NCBI GenBank assembly: GCA_965223845.1
Contig: CBDCXR010000004.1
Location: 1,952,001-2,016,000 of the forward strand
Length of the DNA stretch: 64,000 bases
From: Planctomycetota bacterium
GTDB lineage: Bacteria; Planctomycetota; UBA8108; SXIK01
Direction: 5' to 3'
This document shows, in pieces, positions 48,447-58,969 of the stretch. The stretch's first letter is position 1. Every line of letters begins with the position of its first letter. The notes below the pieces were generated by a model, which saw nothing but the letters and a program-made list of their open reading frames with translations, made no database searches and was not told where the DNA came from. Made by a program: the position numbers and the translations under genes.

Positions 48447-48610
48447 TCCTCCGCGGCAACGATCCGACGGAATTCCCCGCTCGGCGACCGTCTCGTCGCG
48501 CACCCATCCCTCTCTTTCCCGTCCGGACCGGCGCGTCAGGACGTCGGTCCGGACACGACCCCGAGCGAACTACGCTCTCGCTTCCACTTTCGGAAAGGAA
48601 TCTAAGCCCG

Positions 48611-50044
48611 ATGAGATGGCGCACGACCGCACTCTCGCTCACTGGAGTAGCTCTCCTCTCGACGGGGCTCGCCGCCGAAGAGGCGACCCCCGCGGCGTAC
48701 ACGACCGAGTCACTCCTCGACGATACGAACGTCCTCTGGACGTGCCTTGCCGCGTTCCTCGTCATGTTCATGCAGGCCGGCTTCTCGCTTGTCGAAGCGG
48801 GCCTCACGCGTGCGAAGAACGTCTGCAACATCATCATGAAGAACCTGATGGACTTCTCCCTCGGGTCCCTCGCGTTCTGGGCCGTCGGCTTCGGCCTCAT
48901 GTTCGGCGCCTCCGGCGGCTACTTCGGATCGAGCGGGTTCTTCTTCGATCCTTCCGCGGAAGGCGGAACGCTCGATACCGGGAACTCAGAGAGCTTCAGT
49001 TGGGCGTTTCTCCTCTTTCAGACGGTGTTCTGCGCGACGGCCGCGACCATCGTGAGTGGAGCGATGGCCGAACGAACAAAGTTCTCGGCCTACCTCATCT
49101 ACTCCGTCTTGATCACCGCGATCGTCTATCCGATCTTCGGCAGTTGGGCGTGGGGCGGTCTCTACGCGGGCGGTGGCTGGCTCGAGAATCTCTCGACGCC
49201 GTTCTACGACTTCGCCGGATCGACCGTCGTCCACTCGGTCGGCGCCTGGGCGGCGCTCGCCGGAGCGATCGTGATCGGGCCGCGCATCGGCAAGTACAAG
49301 GACGGAAAGGCGCAGCCGATCCCCGGACACAATCTTCCTCTCGCCGCGCTCGGAGTCTTCATTCTCTGGCTCGGTTGGTTCGGGTTTAACCCGGGAAGCA
49401 CCACCGCGGTCAAAGAAGGGAGCTTCGCGTTCATCGCCGTGACGACGAATCTCGCGGCCGGCGCCGGCGCGGTCGGTGCCATGCTCTTCTCGTGGATTCT
49501 CTTCAAGAAGCCGGACACTTCGTTCGCGCTCAACGGCGCGCTGGCCGGCTTGGTCGCGATCACCGCGGGCTGCGATGCGATGAGTGCGCCGCTCGCCGCC
49601 CTCACGGGTTTCATCTCGGGCGGGATCGTGGTCTGTTCCGTTCTCTTCTTCGATCGCGTGCGCGTCGACGATCCGGTGGGAGCGATTTCCGTGCACGGAA
49701 TTTGCGGAGTCTGGGGCACGCTAGCGGTCGGACTCTTCGCCACCGCGAACGGACTGATCACAACCGGGGAGACGGGCCAAATCGTCGCCCAGCTCATCGG
49801 CGTGAGCGCAGCGTTCCTGTGGGCCTTCCCCGTCAGCTTCGGAATCTTCTTCCTGATCAAGAAGACGGTCGGCCTCCGCGTCTCCGCGGAAGAAGAGATC
49901 GCCGGACTCGATATCACCGAGCACGGCATGGAGGGTTACGGCCGCGACGGCATGAAGTCGCCGCTTCCCGAGCCCGCCGGCGCGCTCGGGACCGCGCCGG
50001 GCGGCGCGCTCCCGCGCGGGCAGCTCGGCGAAGCGTCGGCCTGA
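48611..50044 (+). CDS. amtB: Ammonium transporter
   Basis: FMQAGF, IVSGAMAER, DFAGSTVVH, GWFGFN, DDPVGAISVHG. Confidence 0.98.
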   Translation: MRWRTTALSLTGVALLSTGLAAEEATPAAYTTESLLDDTNVLWTCLAAFLVMFMQAGFSLVEAGLTRAKNVCNIIMKNLMDFSLGSLAFWAVGFGLMFGASGGYFGSSGFFFDPSAEGGTLDTGNSESFSWAFLLFQTVFCATAATIVSGAMAERTKFSAYLIYSVLITAIVYPIFGSWAWGGLYAGGGWLENLSTPFYDFAGSTVVHSVGAWAALAGAIVIGPRIGKYKDGKAQPIPGHNLPLAALGVFILWLGWFGFNPGSTTAVKEGSFAFIAVTTNLAAGAGAVGAMLFSWILFKKPDTSFALNGALAGLVAITAGCDAMSAPLAALTGFISGGIVVCSVLFFDRVRVDDPVGAISVHGICGVWGTLAVGLFATANGLITTGETGQIVAQLIGVSAAFLWAFPVSFGIFFLIKKTVGLRVSAEEEIAGLDITEHGMEGYGRDGMKSPLPEPAGALGTAPGGALPRGQLGEASA

Positions 50045-50072
50045 ATTTCTAGTCATTGTTTCTCTACGGGCT

Positions 50073-50113
50073 GAAGTCGGCCTCGCGAGCCTCGGTTCAG
50101 TGGGGCCGACTTC
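50073..50113 (+). terminator. Long hairpin after amt (terminator or stabilising stem)
   Basis: GAAGTCGGCC...GGCCGACTTC inverted repeat with extended inner pairing and a weak U tract. Confidence 0.45.
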
Positions 50114-50338
50114 TCTAATCGCGAAAAATACAAGCCACCGTTATCGGACCTTGGCTTGATCCGCTTGCTTCGCGACCGAACTAGACATACAGTTGCCGGC
50201 TTCTCGGCCCATCGAAGCGCGGGTGCTTCGGTGCACCTGGCGCGCGAGCACATCGCGCTCGCCGTCGGGACACTCTCGCGGGCTAAGTTGCCCGCGCCGC
50301 TCGGAGGCCGTCAACGCACTGCTAAGGGAGAAGATTGC

Positions 50339-51580
50339 ATGGTGCGTGGAAACCACGGGGGTCTGCTGTTGTGCGGGATTCTGGTTGGACTCGTCAGTTG
50401 GGCGAGTCCCGGTCAAGCTCAAACGGAGTCGCTCTTCGCCGGGATCGATGAGCTCTCCGCGTCGATGCTCGGGCAAACCGAAGAGCCCGAGGGGAGCTAC
50501 ATGAAGTTCCTTCGAGGGATCGAAGGGAGTGGGTACATCAACGTCGCCTACTCTTACAACTTCAACGACAGTGAGCGCGGTTCGAGCCCGGGACCCGAGA
50601 CGCCGGTCCGGATCTTCGACGTCTTCCACAACGAGTTCACGGTGCACAACGCGGCGCTCCGCCTCTCGAAGCCGGTCGACGAAGAGAACCCGGTCGGATT
50701 CTCCTTCATCGGCGCAGTCGGTAAGGACGGCGCGGTGACGCAGGATCCGAATATCGCGCTCGGAGGAAACGATCTCGATGTGCACGAGGCGAACATCAAG
50801 ATCCGCGCTCCCGACAGCTTAGCCGTGCTCGGCGGCACGACCTTCACGGTCGGTAAGTTCCTCACGTCCGCCGGTGCGGAAGTGATCGATGCTCCGGAGA
50901 ACACCATGTTCTCGCGGACACTGCTCTTCGGTCTCGCGATCCCGTTCGTGCATACGGGTGTGAAGGCGGACTTCAGCCTCATCAAGCAGGAAGAGAGTGA
51001 TGAGGATCTCCTCGCCGGTCAGCTCGGCGTCGCGAACGGCTGGGGAAATCACAATGTCGGCTCGGCCGGAAGCGGCGGTAACTTTCCGACGTGGCTCACG
51101 AGCGCGACCTTCACGCCGGGCGGCGATCTCGAGCCGTCGGTGACGTTGAACTACTTCGTGGGCGAGGTGACGGCTTCCGGCCGCTACCGCAACCTCATCG
51201 ACATCGTCGCGGGCCTTCAGCTCACCGAGGCGCTGTCGTTCTCCGGCAACTTCGACTGGACGAGCGACGAGGCCGGCTCGGCGACGGGCGGCTATTCGAA
51301 CCTGTGGGGATTCGCGGGGATCCTGAAGTATCAGGTCACGGACGAGGTTTACACCGCCGTCCGCCTCGAGCACGTCGACGACCACGATGGTTTCGCTTCC
51401 GGCTCGCCGACCCACGTCCGCATTTTCGACGTGACGGGGACGGTTGGCTGGATGCCGTACTCGAACCTGCTCCTTCGCGGCGAGGTTCGCGTCGACACCG
51501 CCGACGGCGGTGCACCGTACGAGAACGGGACCGAGCACACGCAGACGACCGTGTCCGTCGACGCCTCCTTCCTCTTCTGA
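50339..51580 (+). CDS. Outer-membrane beta-barrel porin (BBP2/OmpL-like)
   Basis: Signal peptide, GYINVAYSYNFN, GKFLTSAGAEVI, FSRTLLF..AIPFVHTG and terminal Phe. Confidence 0.85.
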   Translation: MVRGNHGGLLLCGILVGLVSWASPGQAQTESLFAGIDELSASMLGQTEEPEGSYMKFLRGIEGSGYINVAYSYNFNDSERGSSPGPETPVRIFDVFHNEFTVHNAALRLSKPVDEENPVGFSFIGAVGKDGAVTQDPNIALGGNDLDVHEANIKIRAPDSLAVLGGTTFTVGKFLTSAGAEVIDAPENTMFSRTLLFGLAIPFVHTGVKADFSLIKQEESDEDLLAGQLGVANGWGNHNVGSAGSGGNFPTWLTSATFTPGGDLEPSVTLNYFVGEVTASGRYRNLIDIVAGLQLTEALSFSGNFDWTSDEAGSATGGYSNLWGFAGILKYQVTDEVYTAVRLEHVDDHDGFASGSPTHVRIFDVTGTVGWMPYSNLLLRGEVRVDTADGGAPYENGTEHTQTTVSVDASFLF

Positions 51581-51612
51581 TTCGGGACTTTTCCGAATCC
51601 AGAGTCGGAGCA

Positions 51613-51665
51613 GAGCCCCTGGTCTCTCGAGGTTGACTCGCGAGACCAGGGGCTCGTTTTTTTTT
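51613..51665 (+). terminator. Intrinsic terminator
   Basis: GAGCCCCTGGTCTC...GAGACCAGGGGCTC 14-bp stem followed by a T9 run. Confidence 0.9.
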
Positions 51666-51697
51666 CGGTGGCCGCGCCGAGCTCCCGCCGTTTCGAG

Positions 51698-52447
51698 CTA
51701 ATGCTCCTCCCGGCGGCTTTCGCCGGCGATCCGCTCGAACGCGGTACGCATCCGCGCCTGCGCGTCTTTCAGCCCCTCGATGGTCGGCGATGCGGAGTCG
51801 CGTGCGTATGCGATGACCTCCTCCTCGGCACGGACGAGCTTCGCGCACCCGCGCGCGACCTCCCGCACGATCTCGTGCGGGATCGTCGTCACGCCATTGG
51901 CATCGGCGTGGAGAATGTCTCCCGGACGCACCTCGATTCCTCCGACGTGCACCGGCACGTGAACGTCGACGATGCGGCAGCACGCGTGCGAAGGCGAAAC
52001 GCCGGCGCTGAAGCACGGAAACTCGAGGCGCCCGACCTGCTCGAGATCTCGGGCGTAGCCCGACGTGACGAGACCCGCGCAGCCGAACGCCTTGTAAACG
52101 GTGCACATGACTTCCCCGAAGGTGGCGCCGAGCGGCGGATCGTCGAGATCGTGAAAGACGACGATCCTCGGCTCCGGGAGCTCCGTCGCGAACCGCTCGA
52201 CCTGCCCCGAAATCAGAGTGTACGCGTCGTCCGCGGCCGCGGGCTGCGCGCTGCGAAACGTCGCGGTCGTCGCGTAGCCGACGATCGGCGGCAAGTGGGG
52301 AAACCGCGCCTCGATGCGCCGATCCATGAAGCCGGTGTTTCGCGGGCGAATATCGAAGAGCTCGATGACATTGCAAACGGTCGGCGTGTCGAACTTGCGC
52401 AGCTCGGCGAAGATCTCGTCGTCGACGGGTTCGATGCGAAAGGTCAT
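51698..52447 (-). CDS. RraA-like / HMG aldolase family protein
   Basis: DTPTVCNVIE, FGEVM, GYARD, PGDILHADANGV. Confidence 0.9.
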   Translation of the reverse strand: MTFRIEPVDDEIFAELRKFDTPTVCNVIELFDIRPRNTGFMDRRIEARFPHLPPIVGYATTATFRSAQPAAADDAYTLISGQVERFATELPEPRIVVFHDLDDPPLGATFGEVMCTVYKAFGCAGLVTSGYARDLEQVGRLEFPCFSAGVSPSHACCRIVDVHVPVHVGGIEVRPGDILHADANGVTTIPHEIVREVARGCAKLVRAEEEVIAYARDSASPTIEGLKDAQARMRTAFERIAGESRREEH

Positions 52448-53274
52448 GTCCAGCCCTCTTCCGTTTGGATGTTCTCGATCAGATCCCGAGTGCGCCGGAT
52501 TCCCTCGGCCTCCGGGAGCTCCGTTCCCTCGTACTCGATGCCGATCGGACCGTCGTAACGCGCCGCGACGACGAGGCGCAACATCCGGCGGTAGTCGATC
52601 GTCGTCTCCTCGCCGTCACTCGAGAAGTCGAACGACTTCGCGCTCACGCCACCGGCGTACGGAAGCATACGCTCCACGGCAGAATACGGATCGGCGGTGG
52701 GAGTGAAGTTGCCGAAGTCGGGGAGCGTTCCGATTCTCTCGACGCCCACACGGCGAACGAGCTCGACGACGGCGTCCGTGTTCGCCGAGAGGCCACCGTG
52801 GTTCTCGACGAGGACACGAATGTCCGAGGGAGCAGCGTACTCGCCGAGCGCGGCGAAGCTCTCTGCGCATCGCTTGAGCACGTCCTCCACCTCTGTCGAC
52901 TGGAGTGGCGAGCGCCACGTGAGCGGGGAACCTCCGCCCGTGTTGACGCGTACGGCGCGGCAGCCGAGCTCAGCCGCGACGTCGAACCAGCGCCGGTGAT
53001 TCTCGATCGCCTTCCTCCGGAGCTTTGGCCGCCGGTGGCTCAAATCCCCGCAGTCATCCACCATGAGAAGGAAGATCTCGACGTCGAACTCTTCCGCCTG
53101 TCGCGCGAGCTCTCGGATCGACTGCGTCGTCGGCTTCCCGACGAGGGTATTCACGAGCTCGATCGTGGCGATGCCGAACTGCGTACGCGCGATCCGCGGG
53201 AGGTCACGACCGCGGCATTCCCCGAGCGCAATGCTGCGATGGAGCGACCAGTGGGCGAGACTGATTCGGTTCAC
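52444..53274 (-). CDS. Sugar phosphate isomerase/epimerase (AP2/xylose isomerase TIM barrel)
   Basis: LVENHGG, LPDFGNF, SAKS, IGIEYEG. ATGA coupling. Confidence 0.9.
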   Translation of the reverse strand: MNRISLAHWSLHRSIALGECRGRDLPRIARTQFGIATIELVNTLVGKPTTQSIRELARQAEEFDVEIFLLMVDDCGDLSHRRPKLRRKAIENHRRWFDVAAELGCRAVRVNTGGGSPLTWRSPLQSTEVEDVLKRCAESFAALGEYAAPSDIRVLVENHGGLSANTDAVVELVRRVGVERIGTLPDFGNFTPTADPYSAVERMLPYAGGVSAKSFDFSSDGEETTIDYRRMLRLVVAARYDGPIGIEYEGTELPEAEGIRRTRDLIENIQTEEGWT

Positions 53275-54353
53275 GCACTCTCCCCGTCCGGGTGAATCCA
53301 GGTGCCGTTCGAGTCGACGCGATAGCCACTCGCTTCGAGCGCGCGGTGAAAAGCCTCTCTCGACTTCGCGTGACCGTGGAGCGCCGCCTCCTCACCGATC
53401 CGCCGGCCTCGCTTCCCGGGGACTTCGAGGTGAATGGTCACGACCGGCGAGCGGAGGACATCTCGCACGCCGCGGACGAGAGCGAGTAGATCGATGCCCG
53501 ATGCGCTTCCTTGGTGTTCCGCGAAGTGCTCGGTCGCGAGGAACTCGGCATCGGTGTTTTTCAGGTGGAGTGCGTCGATCTCCGCTGGGAACGCTTCGAA
53601 CCACGCGCGGAAATCACGCTCGTCCGCATCCGGACACTCCGCCGCGCTGATTCCGTGTCCCGTGTCGTAGCAGAGCTGCACGGGAACGGTTGTCTTCTCG
53701 TTTGCGACGTGATCCGCTCGCAGCTCATCGAGCGTCGCGCGCGTCTCCGCGATCGTCGCGCAGCCTTCGCGCCGCGCCGCCGACATCTCGATTGCGAGGC
53801 TCTGGAGGCCGAGGCTGCGTGCGTCCCGCACCCAGCGTTTCCAGGTGCCGATCACGCGCTCGTAGGCGACGTCGAATTCGCCGGCGTCGGCCTCTTGCTC
53901 GCGATCGAGCGTGCAAAGCGCCGCGCCGCACCGTGGCGCTCCTTGCGCGGCCGCCTGCTCGAGGAGCGAGCGGCCCACGACGTACGCGCTCTCAGCGACG
54001 CCCGCGTCTCGCGATCCGATTGCGCCCGAGTCGCGGTACACGGTGAACACGCTCGTGATCTCGACGCCGACCTCGCCCGCCGCGCGACCGACACCGCGGT
54101 GATACTCGCGGTAGGCATCGGGATCGCGCACGAAGAACGTCGGCCCGAAATCGTTGTCCGCAACGCCCTCCACGAACTTGAATCCTAGCTCGCGCGCGAC
54201 TTCGAACGCGCGCCGCGGGCCGTAGACGTACTTCGCAAAATTGAGATTGACGCCGAAGCGGATGCGAGGGGGAGTTCTTCTCGAAGATCCTAAGACTTCG
54301 CTCGATGTCACCGGTTCACCCGTCGCCATCGGAGAGACCTGATTCATTCGCAC
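53271..54353 (-). CDS. Xylose-isomerase-like TIM-barrel protein
   Basis: NLNFA, LAIEMS, CYDTGH, LHLKNTD, LEV metal-ligand pattern. Start uncertain. Confidence 0.8.
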   Translation of the reverse strand: MRMNQVSPMATGEPVTSSEVLGSSRRTPPRIRFGVNLNFAKYVYGPRRAFEVARELGFKFVEGVADNDFGPTFFVRDPDAYREYHRGVGRAAGEVGVEITSVFTVYRDSGAIGSRDAGVAESAYVVGRSLLEQAAAQGAPRCGAALCTLDREQEADAGEFDVAYERVIGTWKRWVRDARSLGLQSLAIEMSAARREGCATIAETRATLDELRADHVANEKTTVPVQLCYDTGHGISAAECPDADERDFRAWFEAFPAEIDALHLKNTDAEFLATEHFAEHQGSASGIDLLALVRGVRDVLRSPVVTIHLEVPGKRGRRIGEEAALHGHAKSREAFHRALEASGYRVDSNGTWIHPDGESA

Positions 54354-54461
54354 CTCGGCGGACGGAGTACGTCACGCGATCTGGCCCCTCGACGAGTCGA
54401 GTTGCAACTCTTCACGGGCACTCGCACGCTCGAGAGGCCGGTTGGAGCCCTCAGCGATCCG

Positions 54462-55691
54462 TTAGAAGCTCGCCTTCACTCGTTCGATCGCCTCGACGAC
54501 TTGTTCCCGAACACCGAACGCGCTCAGGCGGAAGTATCCCTCGCCCGCGGGACCGAATCCCGAGCCCGGCGTGCCGACGACTCGCGCGCCCTCGAGGAGG
54601 CGGTCGAAGAACGCCCAAGAATCGAGTCCGCTCGGCGTCTTGAGCCAGATGTAGGGCGCGTTCACACCGCCGAACACCTCGATACCCGCTGCGCTGAGGC
54701 CCTCACGGATCAGGCGCGCGTTCTCCAGGTAGTAGTTGATCGTCGCGCGCACCTCCTCCCGGCCCGCCTCGCTGTACACCGCGGCGGCCGCGGCCTGTAC
54801 GGGATAGGACGCGCCATTGAACTTCGTCGACTGGCGGCGATTCCAAAGTGCGTGGAGCGAAGCGGTCTCTCCACTCGCCTCCACTCCGGAAAGCTCCTTC
54901 GGCACCACCGTGTACGCGCAGCGAACGCCGGTGAAGCCGGCGGTCTTCGAGAAGCTGCGGAACTCAATCGCGACTTCACGCGCCCCGTCGATCTCGTAGA
55001 TCGAATGCGGAATGTGCCCCTCCGAGATGAAGGCCTCGTAGGCAGCATCGAAGAGGAGCACCGCTCCGGCTCCACGAGCATAGTCGACCCACCGGGCGAG
55101 GTCGTCGCGCGTGGCGACCGCCCCGGTCGGATTGTTCGGAAAGCAAAGGTAGACGATGTCGACAGGATCCGCCGGCGGCTCGGGCAGGAATCCATTTTCC
55201 TCGAGACACGGCATGTACACGATGCCTTCGTAGCGTCCGGAGCTGTCCGCCGCGCCGGTTCGACCGGCCATCACGTTCGTGTCGACGTAAACGGGATAAA
55301 CGGGATCGGCGACCGCGAACGTCGCCTCGGGCGCGAAGATCTCTTGGATGTTTCCGCTGTCACACTTCGAGCCATCGGAGACGAACACTTCGTCCGGCGA
55401 CACGTCGACGCCGCGAGCTCGGTACTCGTGCTCGCAAATCGCCTCGCGCAGGAACGCGTAGCCCTGCTCGGGACCGTAGCCGCGAAAAGAGTCAGCCGCC
55501 GCCATCTCGTCGACTCCGCGGTGGAACGCCTCGACGATGGCTGGCGCGAGTGGACGTACGACGTCGCCGATCCCGAGACGGATCACGTCCGCGTCGGGAT
55601 GGGCATCGGTGAACTTCTTCACCCGCCGCGCGATTTCGGGAAAGAGGTATCCCGCAGCGAGCTTCCGGTAGTTGGAGTTGATCCTAGCCAT
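54462..55691 (-). CDS. dapL: LL-diaminopimelate aminotransferase
   Basis: [55 protein letters not shown]. Confidence 0.96.
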   Translation of the reverse strand: MARINSNYRKLAAGYLFPEIARRVKKFTDAHPDADVIRLGIGDVVRPLAPAIVEAFHRGVDEMAAADSFRGYGPEQGYAFLREAICEHEYRARGVDVSPDEVFVSDGSKCDSGNIQEIFAPEATFAVADPVYPVYVDTNVMAGRTGAADSSGRYEGIVYMPCLEENGFLPEPPADPVDIVYLCFPNNPTGAVATRDDLARWVDYARGAGAVLLFDAAYEAFISEGHIPHSIYEIDGAREVAIEFRSFSKTAGFTGVRCAYTVVPKELSGVEASGETASLHALWNRRQSTKFNGASYPVQAAAAAVYSEAGREEVRATINYYLENARLIREGLSAAGIEVFGGVNAPYIWLKTPSGLDSWAFFDRLLEGARVVGTPGSGFGPAGEGYFRLSAFGVREQVVEAIERVKASF

Positions 55692-55870
55692 GACGTTCTG
55701 ATCTCGATCGGTGCGTTGCCATCGCATCACGCCACGCTCGCACGCGGCCAGTCGGCGATGGATGAAGCGAAGAAGGTACCACGATCGAGTGGCGCTGGGC
55801 AGACCCCCGGCGCGATTCGCGGCGCAGCTCGAGCGCGGCCGGCGGAGATTCGGGGCGGTTTCCGTCCGCC

Positions 55871-58633
55871 TCAGGCGTTCGCCGTCTCTTCGGCCGGCGT
55901 CGCGCCGGATGCCTTCGTTGCCGCCGCGTCTTTCGCCGCCGTTTTCTTCGTTGCACGCTTCTTCGTGCTCGATTTCTTTGCGGCTTTCTTCGTCGTCTTT
56001 TTCTTCGCGCCGCTCTTCTTCGCAGACGCTTTCTTCGTCGCGGCCTTCTTTTTCGCGGTCTTCTTCTTCGTCGTGGACTTTTTCTTCTTCTTCGACGGAC
56101 CCGCCGCTGCCCGCGCGCGGATCAGCTCGACGGCGGCATCGAGCGTCACCTCATCGGGATCGTCTCCCCGGGGAATCGACGCGTTGGTCGTGCCGTCCGT
56201 GACGTACGGCCCGTAGCGCCCGGCGAGAAGCTTGATCGGTTCGCCCGAATCGGGGTGCGCGCCCAGCTCGCGCAGCACCTTCGGCGTCCTCCGCCCGCCC
56301 TTCTTCTCCTGCTTGAAGAGGACGAGCGCCGCATCGACCGTCACCGAGAAAACCTCCTCGGGCTCGGCGAGACTGCGGGTGTCGGTTCCCCGCTTCACGT
56401 ACGGGCCGTAGCGGCCGTAGTCGACGAAGATCTCCTCTCCCGTCTCGGGGCAGGTTCCGATCGATCGCGGGAGCGAGAGGAGCGAGAGAGCCTGCTCGAG
56501 CGACACCTCCGCCGCAGACATGCCGGGAAGGAGCGACTTCATCTTCGGCTTCGAGCCGTCTTCGCCGTCGCCGAGCTGAACGTACGGACCGAACCTACCG
56601 GTCTTCACGAACACCGGCTGCCCGGATTCCGGATGCTCACCGAGCTGCTTCGGCCCCTGATCCTCGGCGAGGAGCTCGAGCGCACGCTCGAGCGAAAGCT
56701 CGTCGGGAGCGAGGTCGTCTGGAATCGACGCGCGATCGTCGCCGCACTCGAGATAGGGCCCGTAGCGACCGACTCGGATATTGACGTCGACGCCCTTCGG
56801 CCCCTTCCCCAGCGGCAAGGTACACGACTCGCGCGCGTCGATCTCCTGCTCGACGAGCGCCTTGAGCCCTTCGGCACTATCGCTCCCGAAGTAAAACGAC
56901 TTCAGGTAGGGGATGCGATCCTTGTCGCCGAGAGAGATCGCGTCGAGCTCGTCTTCGAGTCGCGCCGTGAACTCGACGTCGACGAGATCCGCAAAGTGCT
57001 TCTCCATGAGCTGAACCACCGCGAACGCGGTAAAGCTCGGCACGAGCGCATTGCTCTGCTTGCCAACGTAGTTCCGCTGGATGATGGTGTCGATGATCGA
57101 CGCGTAGGTACTCGGCCGGCCGATTCCGCGCGCTTCGAGCTCCTTGACGAGAGATGCCTCCGTGTAACGCGCGGGGGGCTGAGTGGTGTGACTTCTCGCT
57201 TCGAGCTTTTCGCACGCGAGCGCGTCGCCCTCCGAAACGTTCGGGAGAACGACCTCCTTGTCGGCGAGCTCGGCGTCGGGGTCGTCGGCGCCCTCGACGT
57301 ACGCGCGGAGGTACCCGGGAAAGTCGATCGTCTTCCCGCTCGCTTGAAACACCGCGTCGCCGCACTCGACCCGCACCGCGATGCGATGTCCGCGGGCGTC
57401 GGCCATCTGGCAAGCCATCGTGCGCTTCCAGATGAGCTCGTAGAGCTTGAGCTCGGTCGCGCTCACTTCCCGCGCGATGTCTTCCGGTCGGCGGAAATCA
57501 CCCGAAGGCCGAATCGCTTCGTGTGCCTCCTGCGCGTTTTTCACTTTGGTGCGGAACTGCCGCACATCCGGGGAGAGGAAATCCGAACCGTAGAGCTGTC
57601 CGATCAGACCGCGAACGCTCGTCACCGCTTCCTTCGCGAGCGAGGTCGAGTCTGTTCGCATATACGTAATGAAACCGTTCTCGTAGAGCCGCTGCGCCGC
57701 CTGCATCGTCTGCCGGGCGGAGTAGCGGAGCTTGCGGTTCGCTTCCTGCTGGAGGGTGCTCGTAGTAAAAGGAGCCGACGGCTTCGATGTGTACGGCTTC
57801 TTCTCGACCGACTCGACCTTCCAGTCGCCGCTCTCGAGCCGCCCGCGGAGCTCCTCGGCTCGCGGCTCGTCGAGAAGGACGACGCCGTCCGTCTTCTTCA
57901 GCTTGCCCGTGGCCGCATCGAAGTCCTTTCCCGACGCGATGCGATCGCCGCCGAGCGTGGCGAGCGTCGCTTCGAACTCGCGGCCGTCGCTCGCGGCGAA
58001 ATTCGCGCGCAGATCCCAGTACGAGCTTCGGACGAATCGCTGGCGCTCGCGCTCCCGTTCGACGACGAGACGCACGGCGACCGATTGCACTCGACCCGCC
58101 GAGAGACGCGGCTTGATCTTCCGCCAGAGAATCGGAGAAACCTCGTAGCCGTAGAGGCGGTCGAGGATGCGACGCGCCTCCTGCGCCTCGACGAGCCGAT
58201 CGTCGAGATCGCGCGGGCTCTCGAGTGCTTTCTCGATGGCTTCGCGCGTGATCTCGTGGAAGACGAGCCGCCGCTGCGGCACCTTCGGCTTCAACACCTG
58301 GAGGAGATGCCAGCTGATCGATTCCCCCTCGCGATCCTCGTCAGTCGCGAGGTAGAGGACCTCGGCCTCCTTGAGGAGAGCCTTCAGCCGCGTCACCTGC
58401 TTCTTCTTGTCGGCGGGGACGACGTAGACCGGCTCGAAGTCGTTCTCGACATCGATCCCGAGTCGCGCCCAAGGCTGCTCTTTGACCGCCGCCGGGATCT
58501 CCTTCGCCGAGTTCGGCAGGTCCCGGATGTGGCCGATACTCGCCTCGACGACGAAGTCGTCGGGAAGAAACGTCGACAGCGTTCTCGCCTTCGCGGGTGA
58601 CTCGACGATGACCAAGCTCTTGCTCTTACCCAC
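55871..58633 (-). CDS. topA: DNA topoisomerase I with Topo_C repeats and Lys-rich tail
   Basis: [45 protein letters not shown] and four GR(Y/F)GPY repeats. GTG start 58633. Confidence 0.98.
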   Translation of the reverse strand: MGKSKSLVIVESPAKARTLSTFLPDDFVVEASIGHIRDLPNSAKEIPAAVKEQPWARLGIDVENDFEPVYVVPADKKKQVTRLKALLKEAEVLYLATDEDREGESISWHLLQVLKPKVPQRRLVFHEITREAIEKALESPRDLDDRLVEAQEARRILDRLYGYEVSPILWRKIKPRLSAGRVQSVAVRLVVERERERQRFVRSSYWDLRANFAASDGREFEATLATLGGDRIASGKDFDAATGKLKKTDGVVLLDEPRAEELRGRLESGDWKVESVEKKPYTSKPSAPFTTSTLQQEANRKLRYSARQTMQAAQRLYENGFITYMRTDSTSLAKEAVTSVRGLIGQLYGSDFLSPDVRQFRTKVKNAQEAHEAIRPSGDFRRPEDIAREVSATELKLYELIWKRTMACQMADARGHRIAVRVECGDAVFQASGKTIDFPGYLRAYVEGADDPDAELADKEVVLPNVSEGDALACEKLEARSHTTQPPARYTEASLVKELEARGIGRPSTYASIIDTIIQRNYVGKQSNALVPSFTAFAVVQLMEKHFADLVDVEFTARLEDELDAISLGDKDRIPYLKSFYFGSDSAEGLKALVEQEIDARESCTLPLGKGPKGVDVNIRVGRYGPYLECGDDRASIPDDLAPDELSLERALELLAEDQGPKQLGEHPESGQPVFVKTGRFGPYVQLGDGEDGSKPKMKSLLPGMSAAEVSLEQALSLLSLPRSIGTCPETGEEIFVDYGRYGPYVKRGTDTRSLAEPEEVFSVTVDAALVLFKQEKKGGRRTPKVLRELGAHPDSGEPIKLLAGRYGPYVTDGTTNASIPRGDDPDEVTLDAAVELIRARAAAGPSKKKKKSTTKKKTAKKKAATKKASAKKSGAKKKTTKKAAKKSSTKKRATKKTAAKDAAATKASGATPAEETANA

Positions 58634-58969
58634 CGTGCTCGCCTCTTCCGTGTGCTCGTTTCGGGTGTCCGTTTCGGCCTGGGCCCTGCGACCGCGCGTA
58701 CGCTCCGCCAGCCGCGGCTCCTCCCACGCGGTCCTCTCGGCTCTCGCCTCTTCCTCGCCCGCGTCACGCGAAAGCTTTAGCGGAGAGCGAGATTCGAGCG
58801 CGTCTCGGTATCGTCTCCCGGCGACCCTCGCACGCGCGAGCAACCGCCTAAGGCATGTCAAATAAACACTTTACGGCCTTGCTCGATGCGGCCCGGCCGC
58901 CTCTAGCTCTCCCTTCTTTGCCACACGCCCGCGGAGAAGGCAAGAGGACACCTCGCCCCCGCGCCCCTC

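Noticed and set aside
56255-58600. 781-aa plus-strand ORF
   Set aside because: Antisense shadow of topA produced by codon bias. No recognisable domain.
58855-58862. TTGACA upstream of topA as its -35
   Set aside because: No plausible -10 at 16-18 bp.
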